From Geosiphon pyriformis uo1 (lineage: Eukaryota > Fungi > Glomeromycota): DNA of 64,000 nucleotides. Numbering within the stretch: the stretch's first letter is position 1; each line of letters opens with the position of its first letter. Positions 1-12,959 of this stretch are shown in pieces. Made by a program: the position numbers and the translations under genes. The stretch is from NCBI GenBank assembly GCA_016748015.1, contig JAAOMT010000175.1, forward strand, positions 532,212 to 596,211, given 5' to 3'. The notes beneath the pieces are model-generated. The model searched no databases. It was not told the origin of the DNA and was given only the letters and a program-made list of their open reading frames with translations.

Positions 1-1350
1 TTGGGGTTAGAGTAAATGGACTTTTGTTTTCTACTTTGGTTGAGTTACAAGTTCTTGCTTTGGCTTTGGAATGTGTTTTGTTTTCATGTACTGTGATTCT
101 GTATTTGAAAAGCCAATCTGTAATTGATACATATGTGTCTAAAGCTTTGTTTTCTGTGCTTAATTTTTACAGTTAATGTTGAATTAAAAAAAGACATGTA
201 GCTAATCTTATTAGAAATAAAGATATTTTAGTTAAGTGGGTAAAAATCAAAGAGCATTCAGAAGTTTTGAACAATATTAAAACTGATGCATTGGCTGGTA
301 AGGCCACTTTTTCTTTTTTTTTTGCCAATTAAGATTTGGAAATGGTTTTTGGTGGCCGAAAATACAGCTGTGTTTAATAATGCTCATTATTTTGTTTGTA
401 ATCTGTACCAGTTGATTTGCCATACTTGTTAGAAAGCCAATTCTGATTATGACATAGTTCTAAGTATTATGATTAGAAAGATAGATTGGGCTGCTACTAT
501 AAAAGTCTAACAACCTGATTTGTACATGCTCTTAGAGTTTACTAACAAAAAATTGGCTAATTTGCATATGTATTTGATGAAAACAGTACATAGATGACTA
601 CCAATAGCAGTTAAGAAGAAATTATATAACAAAAATTATTCTGGAATGCTGTGTTTGCTGTATAGTAAAGTAGAGATGTCTTATCATGTTTTTATTTGTG
701 CTAATAATATTAGTCTCTGTGAAAATGTTTTGGTTGAGACTGTTAAGAAATAAGTGTTATTGACAAACTCTTTTTGCTTATTAATTTCTATTATTTTACA
801 TTCACTTTTGTTGTATTTTTCAGACATAGATCTGTATACTGCAGTTTGCAAAGATTTTGTGTTAGAAGATTAGTATGTTAAAGCTGTTTTGGTTTTTGAT
901 AAGAAAGAAAAGACTGCTTTGGCTCTTGTCAAATATGTATAGTTTGTAGTAGAGTTGCATTATATTAAGATATAATTTGTTAAGTCCAAATATAGAGTAG
1001 ATATAGAGAAAACTAAGTTGGTTAAAGATAATAGTGTGATTTTGGACTTGTCTTATTGTGTAGTGTTTTTATTGTTAGATGGGTGATTTGTATGCTTAGT
1101 ATTATAGAATCTTTTACTGTTAGTTTTGGTAAATACAAAAGGTGTCATTTTTTTTCTGGTTTGAACAGTATTCTTTTTGTTGGCATAGATGTGTAATGTT
1201 GTCTTGTTTGGCTTAAATGGCTAGCCACATATAATAAATACATAAGTGTGTTTAGTTTGAGCCACTTAGTTTAGATCTATGTATTAAATAGCAGTTGAAC
1301 TATACTTGTAAATCTTATAATAATAATAAAAAATACAAAAAAAACAAAAA
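1..1350 (+). mobile_element. Decayed 3' portion of an RNase H-bearing LINE (RNase H, C-terminal Cys/His region, 3' UTR, A-rich tail)
   Basis: Start translates GVRVNGLLFSTLVELQVLALALECV, homologous to the LINE at 23-30 kb (GISVSGLVFSTLAKLQAIALALECV). Many stops. 3' UTR gtgtaatgttgtcttgtttggcttaaatggctagccacat matches that LINE's 3' UTR. A-rich tail at ~1318-1350. Confidence 0.85.
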
Positions 1351-1355
1351 ACAAA

Positions 1356-3650
1356 TTAGAACTCTTTGTCTTCTTAATTTTATAATTACAATTAAACAAA
1401 GAATAAAAAAGCTATATTTATTATCTCTTTTAAGATATCTAATAAAGTTTTAATTAAAAAAGTTTTTTCTGTTATAGAAGCTGTTAAACAAAATGTCTTA
1501 AAAGTTTTCTCTTTAAATATTAATAGTGAAAAACTGTTTTTGATGACCACTAAAACATTATTTTTATCTTTGGCTGGTTTTTTTTCAGTTAAAGTTTCTT
1601 TGAAAAGATATATTTAAATTAATTTTAGTATTGTTTTCATTTTTTCTAAGAGCCCAAAAATTTTTAATAACAAATTAGTTAACAAACTGATTTTTTTTTC
1701 TATAGCTTCTATATCTAATATTGTTAATATTATCTTTTTAAAAAAAATAGTTAAAAAGACCAAAAATTCAAAAAAGTGGAAGCAGTTTTTTATCTTTGCT
1801 ATTGTTACACTAAATTTTTTTGTGATTTTTAATAAAATCTTAAATAAAATCTCTGTTGTATTGTTCAACATATTATCTAAGATAAGCCAAAATCAATTAT
1901 TAGTTGTGTTGCTAAATATAATATTTTTTATCAGATTTTTGTTAGTTTTAGAAGCAAAACAATTATTTTTTGTAAAGTCACTTGTTTTTAAGAACTAAGC
2001 TGACCAAATAAAAGCTGAATTATTTTCCTACTGGTTTCTGATGCTGTCACTAATAGTACTTGGAAAATTATTACTAATTATTAATGATTTGCTGAATAAG
2101 TAGCCTCTATTCTGATATTTAATACTACTTTTAAGTTTAAATTGGTTTATATTAAGGCTGTTTTCCAGTCTGTACATAGTTTTTTAAATGCAAAGTCAGT
2201 GTCAAAGAACAATATAAAGCTTTTCTGTATGAAGTTTGTTTCTTAAAGATTTTTGGAAGCTGTTTTTCTGGTTGAGCTTATGAGCTTTGTTTATTAGTTA
2301 TTCTTAAAATTGTTAAGTTTTTGGTAATTTCTAAGTCTGGTTTTTCTTTTGTTGTTGTTATGCTGTATAATATGTTTTTGAATGTATTTACTGTTAATAT
2401 TAAGACAGCTCTTAATATGTTTAATAAAGTTGTTTATGTTATATTGAAGTCTGCTAATGTTTGACAATATATGATTGTTTACTTTAATAAACTGAATTTT
2501 GCTGTATTTGTTTTAAATTATTGATTAATTTTGATAAGTAAGAATAGTGTTAAGATTTTCTCTTTTATGAATTAAAATAAGGCTATTTTGTTTTGTAATA
2601 AGTTTAAAACCAAATTGGTTAACTTTTTTTCTAACTATATTGCTTTTAAAATCAATAATATGATTTTTTAAGTTGGTGGTTAGACATGTTTTATTTTTTG
2701 CTTTCATAATTTTGGTCATTATTTTTAGTTTGCTTTGGTTATATTGGATTTCAAATTAATTTAGATATTATAGTTCTTAAAATTAATATATTAAGAAAGT
2801 ACTATATCTGATAGAAAACTTCTAATTGTTAGCATTGTTTTAGGTATTAAGAAATAAACTATTTGTCTGTAAACTGTAAAATTTTTCTATCTTTTTTTTT
2901 TAAAACTTACAAGGTATTCAAATCACAATTTATAAGTAATGTTTTTTATGTTAAGACATTTGCTCTTTCAGATTCTTCTGAATTTTTTTTTGATGGCTTC
3001 TGCTTTTTTTTTTGTATTTGTTGATAATTTTTTAATTTTTTTTTAACTGGCATTTCTGAAATTTGATTTGATTAAGTTGTCAACTTTAATTAATTCAATT
3101 ATTAAGCCTATTAGTGTATTAATTACTGTATTTAAATAATTTGTTCAAAATAATTTTGTATTAAGCAGTATTTTTAATTTCAAAGTTAATAAAATTATAA
3201 TACATATAAATACTTTTAATAAAACTGTAAATAAACTAAAGTAAGATATAATTGTTTTAAAAAATAAGTATAGTTATAAGAACATTAATATATTTAGTTC
3301 TTATGTAAATTTGTCTGTTATTAATAATAATATGTTTTCTAATTTATTATTACTTTAAAAATATAAACTGGCTGATATTAAGTTTGATGTCTTTAAAATG
3401 GCTGGCTGGTTGGTAGACTTAATTTTTAATAGTGTTATATTGTTTAAAGTTGTTCAAAAGATGCCTTCTTTAAATAAGTTTTCTTCTAAAGCATTAGTAT
3501 AAAATGTTCTTGATTGGTTTGAGTGACTGGTTACATGTAGAAAGAACATAAATTGTGTTTAATTAAGATCCTTAGTTTTGGTTCTATATACTAAATAACA
3601 ATTAAGCTATATTTATTAAAAAATAAAAAAAATAAAAAAAAAATAAAAAC
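1356..3650 (+). mobile_element. Non-autonomous ORF1-only LINE derivative (HAL1-like), decayed, probably 5'-truncated
   Basis: Decayed ORF (*QYMIVYF..NY*LILISKNSVKI; degenerate CCHC knuckle HCFRY*EINYLSVNC at ~2825-2878) homologous to LINE ORF1. It is followed directly at ~3502 by the LINE-type 3' UTR (tgttcttgattggtttgagtgactggttacatgtagaa) and an A-tail at ~3617-3650. No ORF2 seen. Confidence 0.7.
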
Positions 3651-4735
3651 TTTTTAATTTAAATTAAAACATATATATTAAGTTAATAAAAAACAACAAA
3701 TAAAAAATTATCAGAAAAAACCAATATTTTATGTTTTATTAAATTAAAATTTTTAAAAAAATATAATCTATGTATTTATTGTATATTATTAATTAATTAA
3801 ATTTTTTAAATTTAAAACTTTAATATTTTATTAATTACAATAAAAAATTTATATATATTAATTATATAACATATATAATACAATTTTATATTTTGATTTA
3901 TAAAGTTTAGAATTAAACTGTTAATTGGTTTTTAAAGAAATTACAAAAATATTGTTTTTAATTAAGTTGATAAATTTTAAAATATAAAATAAATAAATAA
4001 AAAATTAATTATGACAATATTTTGAATTTAAGAAATATATTTTAAAATTAAACAATTTTAAATTTTGGAATTTTTTCAATTTTGGCAATTACTTAAAAAT
4101 ATATAAATAATATTTGTTTTATTTATTACTAATGGTAAAAATATTTAAACTTAAAAAATTCAAAAAACACAATTGCTTACATTAAAATAATGTAACAATA
4201 AATCAGTTTTTTATTTTAAATGATATATTCAACTGAAAAAATGAAATACTTAAATGTTTGAAGAAAAACTAGATCTCTGAAAGTTTGTTTAAATATTATT
4301 TATTTAATTAATTAATTGGTCAAATTTATTAGTTTATATTGTTTTAAGAGTTTGAAATTTAATCAAATCTAAAAAAATTTAATAGTAAAATAAAAACACC
4401 AATTTTGAAACCTGTTGGGTTTGTGTGTATTATTTAAAACGCACAATAAACAAATAATTACCATTTTACATTTTTTAAGATAAAGTTTGAAATACAAAGA
4501 TGAAAGATAAAGGTGTTTATCAATTTATCGGAGATTTTTGGGGATTTTCGCATGAGATCGCTAAAACTTTCGGGCGCAATCATGATTGCGAATGCTTTGG
4601 GGCATCTGAAATTTTATATAAATCTAATCGGTCTCTTGTCTTAACGCGCCACCTCGCCCCAAATTTGCGTCCATCTTTCTATAGCATATATACTCTTTAA
4701 AACCTAACGACACGTTTCCACCTTAATTAGCAGAA

Positions 4736-5279
4736 ATGTCAGAAACCCCCGAATCCACTGGTAACGTAAGTATGAGTGAAAATACTTTTACAACTTTATT
4801 CCATATATATGTACCCATACTTCTCTCAATAACAGACATATTTATATGTATTTAACAATAGGAAGCTTTCGTAAAAGCCGCCAAAGAAGCCAAGGACTTG
4901 AAATCTAAGCCTAAAGACGGAGATTTACTAAGTTTGTACGCTTTGTACAAACAAGGTATCTTGGGTGATAATACTACATGTGGGTGTACTCAAGTTTAGA
5001 TTCTATCATTATTCCGGTAGAATTATTTAAATTTTTAATCCTTTTTAACAATTAAATGGTATAAAATAGCCAAACCTGGCTTCACGGATTTTAAAAATAA
5101 AGCTAAATGGGATGCTTGGAACGAGAAAAAAGGCAAGTATACCAAATATTTCTTAATCCCAATTTCTATTCTGTTGTTTCGAATGGTTGTGATGAATTTC
5201 TTATATTTTCAAAGGATTGTCCAAAGAAGAAGCCCAAACTCAGTATATTGAACTTGTCGCTAAGCTTCAGGGGAATTAG
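4736..5279 (+). CDS. ACB1: Acyl-CoA-binding protein (ACBP/Acb1), 4 exons
   Basis: Spliced product MSETPESTGN|EAFVKAAKEAKDLKSKPKDGDLLSLYALYKQGILGDNTT|SKPGFTDFKNKAKWDAWNEKK|GLSKEEAQTQYIELVAKLQGN*. ACBP motifs LYALYKQ and KWDAW present. Third intron is GC-AG (5133-5214). Confidence 0.93.
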
Positions 5280-6003
5280 TAATTCTGGAATTTCTTGAAA
5301 AAGCTATATGTTAATGATATAAATGAAATTTTATTTAGCTTTAACATTTATCATTCAAATTTACCAAACATCTATTAAATATTGACTATTGTTCTTTTGA
5401 TCAAGTTTGGCCATTTTAAATTGAGCAAAATTAAAATATTTAGCCTTCGCTTGGAAAGAGGGACCAAGTAGCTTAAATATCTGTTAAATTTAAAGTCACA
5501 TGATATGCGGGAATTTAAACTCGGAGATAATATCCATCTCCAACTCTTACCTAATCGCCTTTTAAGGTCAGGATAGATAACAAATTTAAGGGAAATAAAC
5601 GGGATTCCACTAATTTTAAATTCGATTTCTGTCATATGAACTCGTCTATCCACCATTAATTTATTACAACGATGTAAGAAATGAGAATAGAGGAAAAGTT
5701 AAAGTTTGCCAAAAGGGGATAATTTCAGACTAAGGGAAAATTTGCTTTATGGAAACACAGGATAACAAAGTGCTCCAATTTTGATAATGATCTCATTTTC
5801 AAAGCATGTGTTTTTTGCCTCTCAATTTCTAGTAATGTATTCATTGATGATTGAGCATGCTTTTAAATATTAGGCGAAGAAGCATTTCTGATATCATAAA
5901 AATTTGAAAAAGCAGAAAATAATTACAACTTTTAAAATATAACTGATATGATTGAGGCAGATAAAAGGATTGTTGTGCGATTATGGATGTGTATGATTTT
6001 TGA

Positions 6004-7341
6004 TCAAAGCCTCTTCAAGCTTCTTTTTTTGTCGTTTTGTTTCTTATCAAGTTTCTTCTCAGCGACTCGTTTCTTAGGTGTCACTGTTGGACTTGGTTGA
6101 ATGTTTGCCAATTGATTCTTTTTCACGTTAGTCAACAGCTTGGTTTCATTCACATGATGGGAGTCCACCAATGGTGACATTAATGTATGAGCTAAAGCTT
6201 CATCCGATTTAGCTTCGATCTCCGCTTTGGGTTCATCATCAATTTTTTTTGAGGAAGAGGTTGAAGGGGTAGCTGAAGGTGACGTTGTGGTCATGGTGGT
6301 GTTAGTGATATTGGTGGACGTTATGATAGTAGGGATGGAATTGTTAGCGTTAGGTTTATTAAATACGGATGCGACGTTTGACGCGTGAATATCCGTTAAA
6401 AGACGTGCATGTTTGGCGTAATGATCATAATCCTCCAAGAGTAGCTTCCCGGCTTCTTCATTAAGTGCCGATTCTGCATTTGGAGCAATCAATAGACATT
6501 TCACCGTCTACGCGCAACAACTACTTGTTAAAAGGCGTAATTCTTGTTATGTTTCAGATACCAATGAATGGAAATCAGAATCCGAACCAGTAAAATATGT
6601 TTAATGCCCAAATCCTTTTTCCAGTCCTTCTTTAAAGTATTTACACACACATCTCCACCTCGCGAAACATTAGGATGGAAAATCTTTGTGACAAAGTAGC
6701 CTATTTTAGGTGTCCGATTAGGTTTCACAGATAAATTTCAGAATAATGAGAAAATATTCTAAATAACGAAATCATGTTTCTTACATTTTGGAGGCACGGC
6801 AGGGAATTCCGCGCCAAGGACAAGTTTCACTCTAAAACAACCGTTTTCATATGGTGTGCTCTCTATCATATGTTTTATAATCACATGGATGAGAAAGATC
6901 AATTGTTATAAGAATGTCTGAATACATTAGTTAAGGATAGAGTGCCGGATGTTTCGACAAAGTGACTGTGACATAGAAACTTTAATGATTGAAAAAAGCG
7001 ATAGAAAGAACCAACCGGGTCCTAAAATCCAAGCTTGAACATCACAAATATCTTCGTAATTTACGATTACACGAATCCCTTCTGGTGGGTCCAATTCTAT
7101 GTCTTGTAGCTCTTTAGAGATCCTTTTAATCACAGCCGGTGAAATGTTTTCTATAGAAGACTATAAAAGAAAATTTTGTCAGAGTAATAAAAGGCAAGGT
7201 TGATGCGCATAAGGTATCACTGAATTTTGCATTTCTTCCCACTCTTCAAAACAAACGATTATAACAGCTTTCACACAAAGTCTTGACCAAAATCATCTTA
7301 ACTTTTCAACCTGTAACCCCCAAACAAGGCTACCATACCAT
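6004..7341 (-). CDS. UBE2S: Ubiquitin-conjugating enzyme E2 S (UBE2S-like), about 5 exons, first exon ATG only
   Basis: [56 protein letters not shown] and basic C-terminal tail DKKRSLKRL typical of UBE2S. Confidence 0.92.
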
Positions 7342-7604
7342 GTTTTATAATTTAGAATATTAAGATCGTATATAGGTAGGGCAAGCGTGAAGAAAATAGA
7401 AAAGCAGGATCACTTTTTTTTGAGTACAAAACACTAGAGCAATAAATTCGTCTTGGAAGTTTATGTGTTGGTAAGAAGTCCTTTTATTTTAATATCCCTA
7501 TGAATCTTATGATATCAGAGGCCACTGTTGGAGAAACTGGCTCGGGGAATTATGAAATTTGTCTATCAGGTCACCAATATCAACAAACGTGCCACAATTC
7601 TGGG

Positions 7605-7822
7605 CCAAGTGTGGCTCAGTGGTAGAATTATTCTAAGTTTCTACGGACAAGACAATGATCGAGCGAAAACATATCACAATGATGTACTTAGTTGATCTCA
7701 CTGAGGGCAAGATTTTAGTTCCCACATATTGCAGTGATAGGAAATACATATACGAAAAGCTTTCTTATCTGACCAGTGCCTCGCCGTCCTTCTAAAACCA
7801 AGAGAACAAGTCCTATTTTTTT
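7605..7822 (+). ncRNA. Candidate Pol III-type / box C/D small RNA (unverified)
   Basis: A-box-like TGGCTCAGTGG (7612-7622), imperfect B-box GATCGAGCG (~7657), C-like ATGATGT (7679), CTGA (7701), GTGATAG (7734), CTGA (7769), T7 run (7816-7822). No rRNA target recognised. Confidence 0.2.
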
Positions 7823-8097
7823 CACAATCTTTCACTCAAAAAGTGGTAAGGTGGTACTACATCTTATGCCAACTATGATCGATATTGTATTATTGTAGAT
7901 CTGTATTACTAAGGCACACCTATACGTAACGCGTCCTTGAAGACGCGTGTTGAGACTTGAAAGGGATGTGACACAACTGTACTACCTTTGCATATTTACT
8001 GCGGTCCTGATCAAGGATAATTGCTTAAAATTGGTTAAATTGAAAATGTAAATATTTCACATTTATTCATTGAACATCATTAGTCAATTGTAAAGGT

Positions 8098-10162
8098 TTA
8101 ATCCCCCAAGTTGATCTGGACAGTTTTGACCTCAGTATAATTTTGCAACCCATATTTTCCAAGCTCTCGACCAGTGCCCGATTCTTTGAAGCCACCAAAA
8201 GGGCTAAAAAACAAAAACTAATATTAGCCTGGTTTTTTGGAAAATAGAAAAATCATAATGAATTCTACTTACGCGCTTGTACCAATAATATTATAACAGT
8301 TCACTAAAATTTTGAAATAAAAATAAATATTATGATATATTTATAGCAATTCGAAAAAGTCGACTAAAGCTTACCCCACACAGTTCCAGCCTTGAGAGCA
8401 TTAGAGATCTTAATGGCTCGCGTTATATCTTTGGTAAAGACTGCTGCAGCTAGACCATATTTGGTCAAATGTGCCTTCTCGATTACCTCTTCAGCCGTTT
8501 TGAATTTTGCAATAGCCACTACAGGACCAAATATCTCTTCTTGCATGATTTTCATATCCTCATTCTTGGAAAAATTGAAATTTAAGATATTTAATTTGCG
8601 ATTATGAAAATCTGATGAAAGAGATAACATTTTCATACCACATTTGTGAATATAGTAGGTTTGATGAAATATCCTTCAGTCCCATGTCTTTCGCCGCCCA
8701 AGTATAAGGTAGCTCCATCTTTCTTTCCAGCTTCAATATATGACATAATTCTTGGGAACATATAACAATATGTTATCAGCAAGGAAAATCACTTTGGTAA
8801 ATAAGATAACATATGTTATTATCTACTTACCTATCAAATTGCGCTTTTGATACTTGAGGTCCCTGATATGTATCAGGGTCAAAGGGATTACCCACTTTTT
8901 TTGATAAAACAAATTCTTTGTATTGTTCAAGAAATTTGTCATATACTGATTCTTGAACATATACACGAGAACCAGCACAACAATTTTGGCCATGATTAGC
9001 AAAAATTCCATCATGGGCCCATCTGATTGCTTGATCAAGATCAGCATCTTCAAAAATAATATTCGGTGATTTTCCACCCAATTCTAAAGTGACTTTCTTG
9101 AGATTACTATCGGCCGCGGCTTTAAGAATGCTTTTGCCAACTGCGGTTGATCCTTTGTAAAATATAAATTTAGAAGGGAGCATCAAGTTAAATCCAATCT
9201 AGAATAATGGAGAAAATATCTCAGAGCTTACCAGTAAATGCGACCTTTCCAATTTTCATATGACTAGCGATCGCTGCCCCTGCAATGGGGCCAAATCCTG
9301 AAACAATGTTTACAACCCCAGGTGGAAATCCAGCTTCTCGAATCAAGGCAGCAGCTTTTAACGCACTAAGTGGAGTTTGCTCAGCCGTTTTGAGGACAAC
9401 CGTATTGCCGCAAGCAAGAGCTGGGCCCAATTTCCATGCTAGCATCACAAGAGGATAATTCCATGGAATAATTTGGCCTACAACACCAATTGGTTCATGA
9501 CGTGTGTAACAAAATTTGTCATGCTTTGTCTCTATGACCTTACAAAATCCGAGATGCATGATGATTACAAGAATCAGAATAATTTTCAAAATAATTGATC
9601 CTTATTTCACAATTAATGCCATTCATACACACTTTTCCATGTATTTTATCGGCCCAACCGGCATAATAACGAAAAACATCGATCGAGCCCGGAATGTCTC
9701 CATTCTTTGCAGAATTAAATGCTTTACCGCTATCTAATGCTTCCAACTCGGCTAACTCTTCGCTGTCACGTGTCATCAATTCGGCCAATTTATACAAAAA
9801 TCGCCCACGTTCTTGTCCGTCGACATGTTGCCAAACTTTGTCAAAAGATTCATTAGCGGCATCGACTGCACGATCAATATCTTGGGGTGATGCTTCGGCA
9901 ACTGTGATAATAGGTAATCCAGTGGCTGGATTGATCGTTTCAAAACGTTTGCCACTGACAGACTCAACAAATTCGTTATTTATGAAGAGACCAGTTTGAA
10001 CTTTGGAATTTTATGATTAGGAAGATCATCCAAAATTTAAAAGTCGTACAAAACTTTAACCAAACATGCGTGAATTATACATTTTATCATGAAGAAAATA
10101 ATAAGAATTCACACACCCTCCAAAGTCTTCCCAGTTGGCAAGGTTATCTGTTTTACCGACAT
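8098..10162 (-). CDS. NAD(P)-dependent aldehyde dehydrogenase (ALDH1/2 family), multi-exon
   Basis: [48 protein letters not shown] (catalytic Cys), [22 protein letters not shown], ending [10 protein letters not shown]. Confidence 0.96.
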
Positions 10163-10827
10163 TTTTATGAAAAAGCGAAATTACAAGGAGAAAAGAGGGA
10201 GAATTCAATCAAAGGACTCTGATATTTTCTCATTATTTATTTGTAATCTCACAGCATGATTGGTATTTTTCTGATTGACGCCTTACCTCACCTTTGGAAG
10301 CAGTCTTCTGATTGCTTGTGCTGTCATTGAATGTAAAAAGTTTAGTAATAGATCAGTTCGGAATAGACATTTCAAGTTAAATTATGATTAAATCTGATCA
10401 TTTTGGTCTAGAGGTGAATAATGACTCTTTATACATTAAGTTAATCTACTAACGCTTATTGAGTAGCCAATTAAAGGTAGCCTTCGTATAATTTGGTGAA
10501 TTTCAATCTAATGAAGATAGAAAAAATTTTTGGGGAAAATAAATCCTCAAATCCTTCTAAAGAATCGATCTTTCACTAGAGTAATTGGATATTTAACCTT
10601 AAAGTCAACTTTCTTTTGATGGTTAATATTTTGTCTCGCTAGGTTTTACCTTATTCAAGCTCACATAAATATCAAAACAAGAAGCATAAACGCTAAATCG
10701 ATTACTAATGCTGATTTAAATCGATTAATAATTGTCCTGATGTATCTTCCATTAATATTACTGAAGCTAAATAATTTTAGGTCCACTTCATCCAATAATA
10801 ACTAACGCCAGTTTTATTTAATATAAT

Positions 10828-11607
10828 TTAACGGTTGGTCACAACACCCTCAAACTAAGAAAAAATGTAAGAAATTTTAATAATCGGCAAAAAAAATTTC
10901 TAAAGATTGATGGAAATTTCATCTTACCCGTTGCTTGAACCATTTAACAGTCTCATCCTTGGTCACACGATGATTAAAGCCTACTTTGGTAACAGCACGT
11001 CGTCGTCTTGATACGCGTTGTCCAGGTCGACCAAGCACCACGTAAAAATCCATCCCGTAAATGCCAATGGACGGATCATACTTGATTCCCAAGTCAATAT
11101 GTTCCTGGATACCAAAACCAAAATTGCCGGTCTCTGAAAAATTACTTCGTTTTAACTCGTATTCCTTCACCTTTAAACCACGTTCTAGAATCTCTTCGGC
11201 TTTTGGTCCACGGACAGTGACATGCACAGCAATTTTTTCGTTACGTCGAATACCGAACGAACGAACCGTGTATCGAGCCTTGGAGTAGACGGGCGTTTGA
11301 CCGGTGAGTTGCTCAAGGACCTTAGCAGCACGGGTCAATCGATCGCCAGATTCACCCACACATATATTTAGCACCAGCTTCTCGATACGGAGTTCCCGCA
11401 TCGCGTTTTGGGCTGGTGCCTTTTCTTCTTCAGACTAGTTGGTCAAAAATTGGTAATCGTTGAGTTGACAGGCAACTTTGATTCAAACGATATAATAGCC
11501 AAAATTTAAGCATTTCCCATGGCGAATATTCCCTTTCATTATTTTACTTTTAAATGGGAATTCAACCCGTTGAATAGATTGATACCTACCTTCTTTGCGT
11601 TGACCAT
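10828..11607 (-). CDS. RPL11: 60S ribosomal protein L11 (uL5), 3 exons
   Basis: MVNAKK|[43 protein letters not shown]...KWFKQR|FEGVVTNR*; highly conserved uL5. Confidence 0.98.
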
Positions 11608-11759
11608 GTTGGATGGATGAAAACCTCAAAAGATAATAAATCCTAACAGAAAGAAGGTTTTTTTCATCTTTTATTTAATGTCCAATCGACTAATATCCAT
11701 TGGATATTTATTTCACGTGACTTAAGAAGAGTTATCCTTATAAATATTATTTATTAATA

Positions 11760-12950
11760 ATTTTTTGAACCAATGAAAAAATATATATTAATAAAATAAT
11801 AGATTTAGCAAAAAATAAATAATATGTTTAAACAATTGAAAAAACTAAAATAATTAGAGATAAGATTTTAAATATAATAAATAAATTAAAATTAATTATA
11901 CTTATGTAATTTAAAATATTATATTAATTATAACTATTTTAAAAACAGATTTAAACTTTTAAAGATACAAAACATGTATTAATATTTATAAGTAGATTTA
12001 TTTAACCAGTTACCAAAAAACAATAAATTTAAATTTTACAACTTAAATTTAATGAACTTAATTTAAATTCATATATTTTATTAAAAAACATGTATAATTA
12101 AAAAATAACAGTTTTAATATAAAACATTAAATCAGTAAACCAGTTAAAATTTAAATATAATAAAACCAAAAAATACAATTTTATAATTAAAAACCAAATA
12201 ATTTAGATTTTTACATTTATAATATTATTAATATTTAAAATTTTTTTACTAAATATCAACTTTTTTAATCTAAAATTAAAAAATTAAAAATAAAACAAAT
12301 TTAATTATTATTTTAAAGACCCAATTTGTTAATTTTAAAGACATATAACCAAAAAAACCAATTAATTTAACTTTAAATTTATTATAAAAAACAATTTTTT
12401 TAATTAATAATAAAAAAATTTTAATATTATACTTTATTTTTAAACTTAATTAATTAACAAAAACAATTTTATATACATAATAATATATTATTACAAATTA
12501 ACAAACTTTAATTTAATATTAAAAATTTTATTAAAAACATTAAAAATATTTTTAATTCTATTAAAAAAAATATTTAAAAACTATTATACAAAGTTATAAA
12601 AGCAAAAACTATAAAAAAATAAGAAAAATAAGAAAAAATAATTGACAAATTTTAATTTTAATAATAATACTTAAAAAAACAAACTTTTTACAAAAAAATT
12701 TATTATTTTTATATTAATAAATTTATTTAAAAATTAAAATATTATTTTAATATAACTTAATTTAATCCTATTAATTTTATTAAACATAAAACAAAAAATA
12801 ATTTAATTTTTATTTTATTAGTTTTATTTTTAAAATTAAATAATTAAATAAGTTAATTAATATTATAAATATTTTTTTAAATATTTTTTTATAATGTAAT
12901 ATTTTATTATATTTGAATATTTTTAAAAATTTTGTTAATTTAAAAAGTTT
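11760..12950. other. Extremely AT-rich stretch, probably a fully eroded TE remnant
   Basis: Almost no G/C and no ORFs; adjoins the TE block; family not assignable. Confidence 0.4.
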
Positions 12951-12959
12951 TATGATTTA

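Noticed and set aside
7601-7680. tRNA-like start GTGGCTCAGTGGTAGAA
   Set aside because: No T-arm (GTTCRA) or acceptor stem; not a tRNA gene.
11436-11589. Longer RPL11 intron 1 with small hairpins (possible snoRNA or autoregulatory element)
   Set aside because: No convincing C/D or H/ACA boxes.
11713-11720. TCACGTGA E-box upstream of RPL11
   Set aside because: A single 8-mer; plausible but unsupported.
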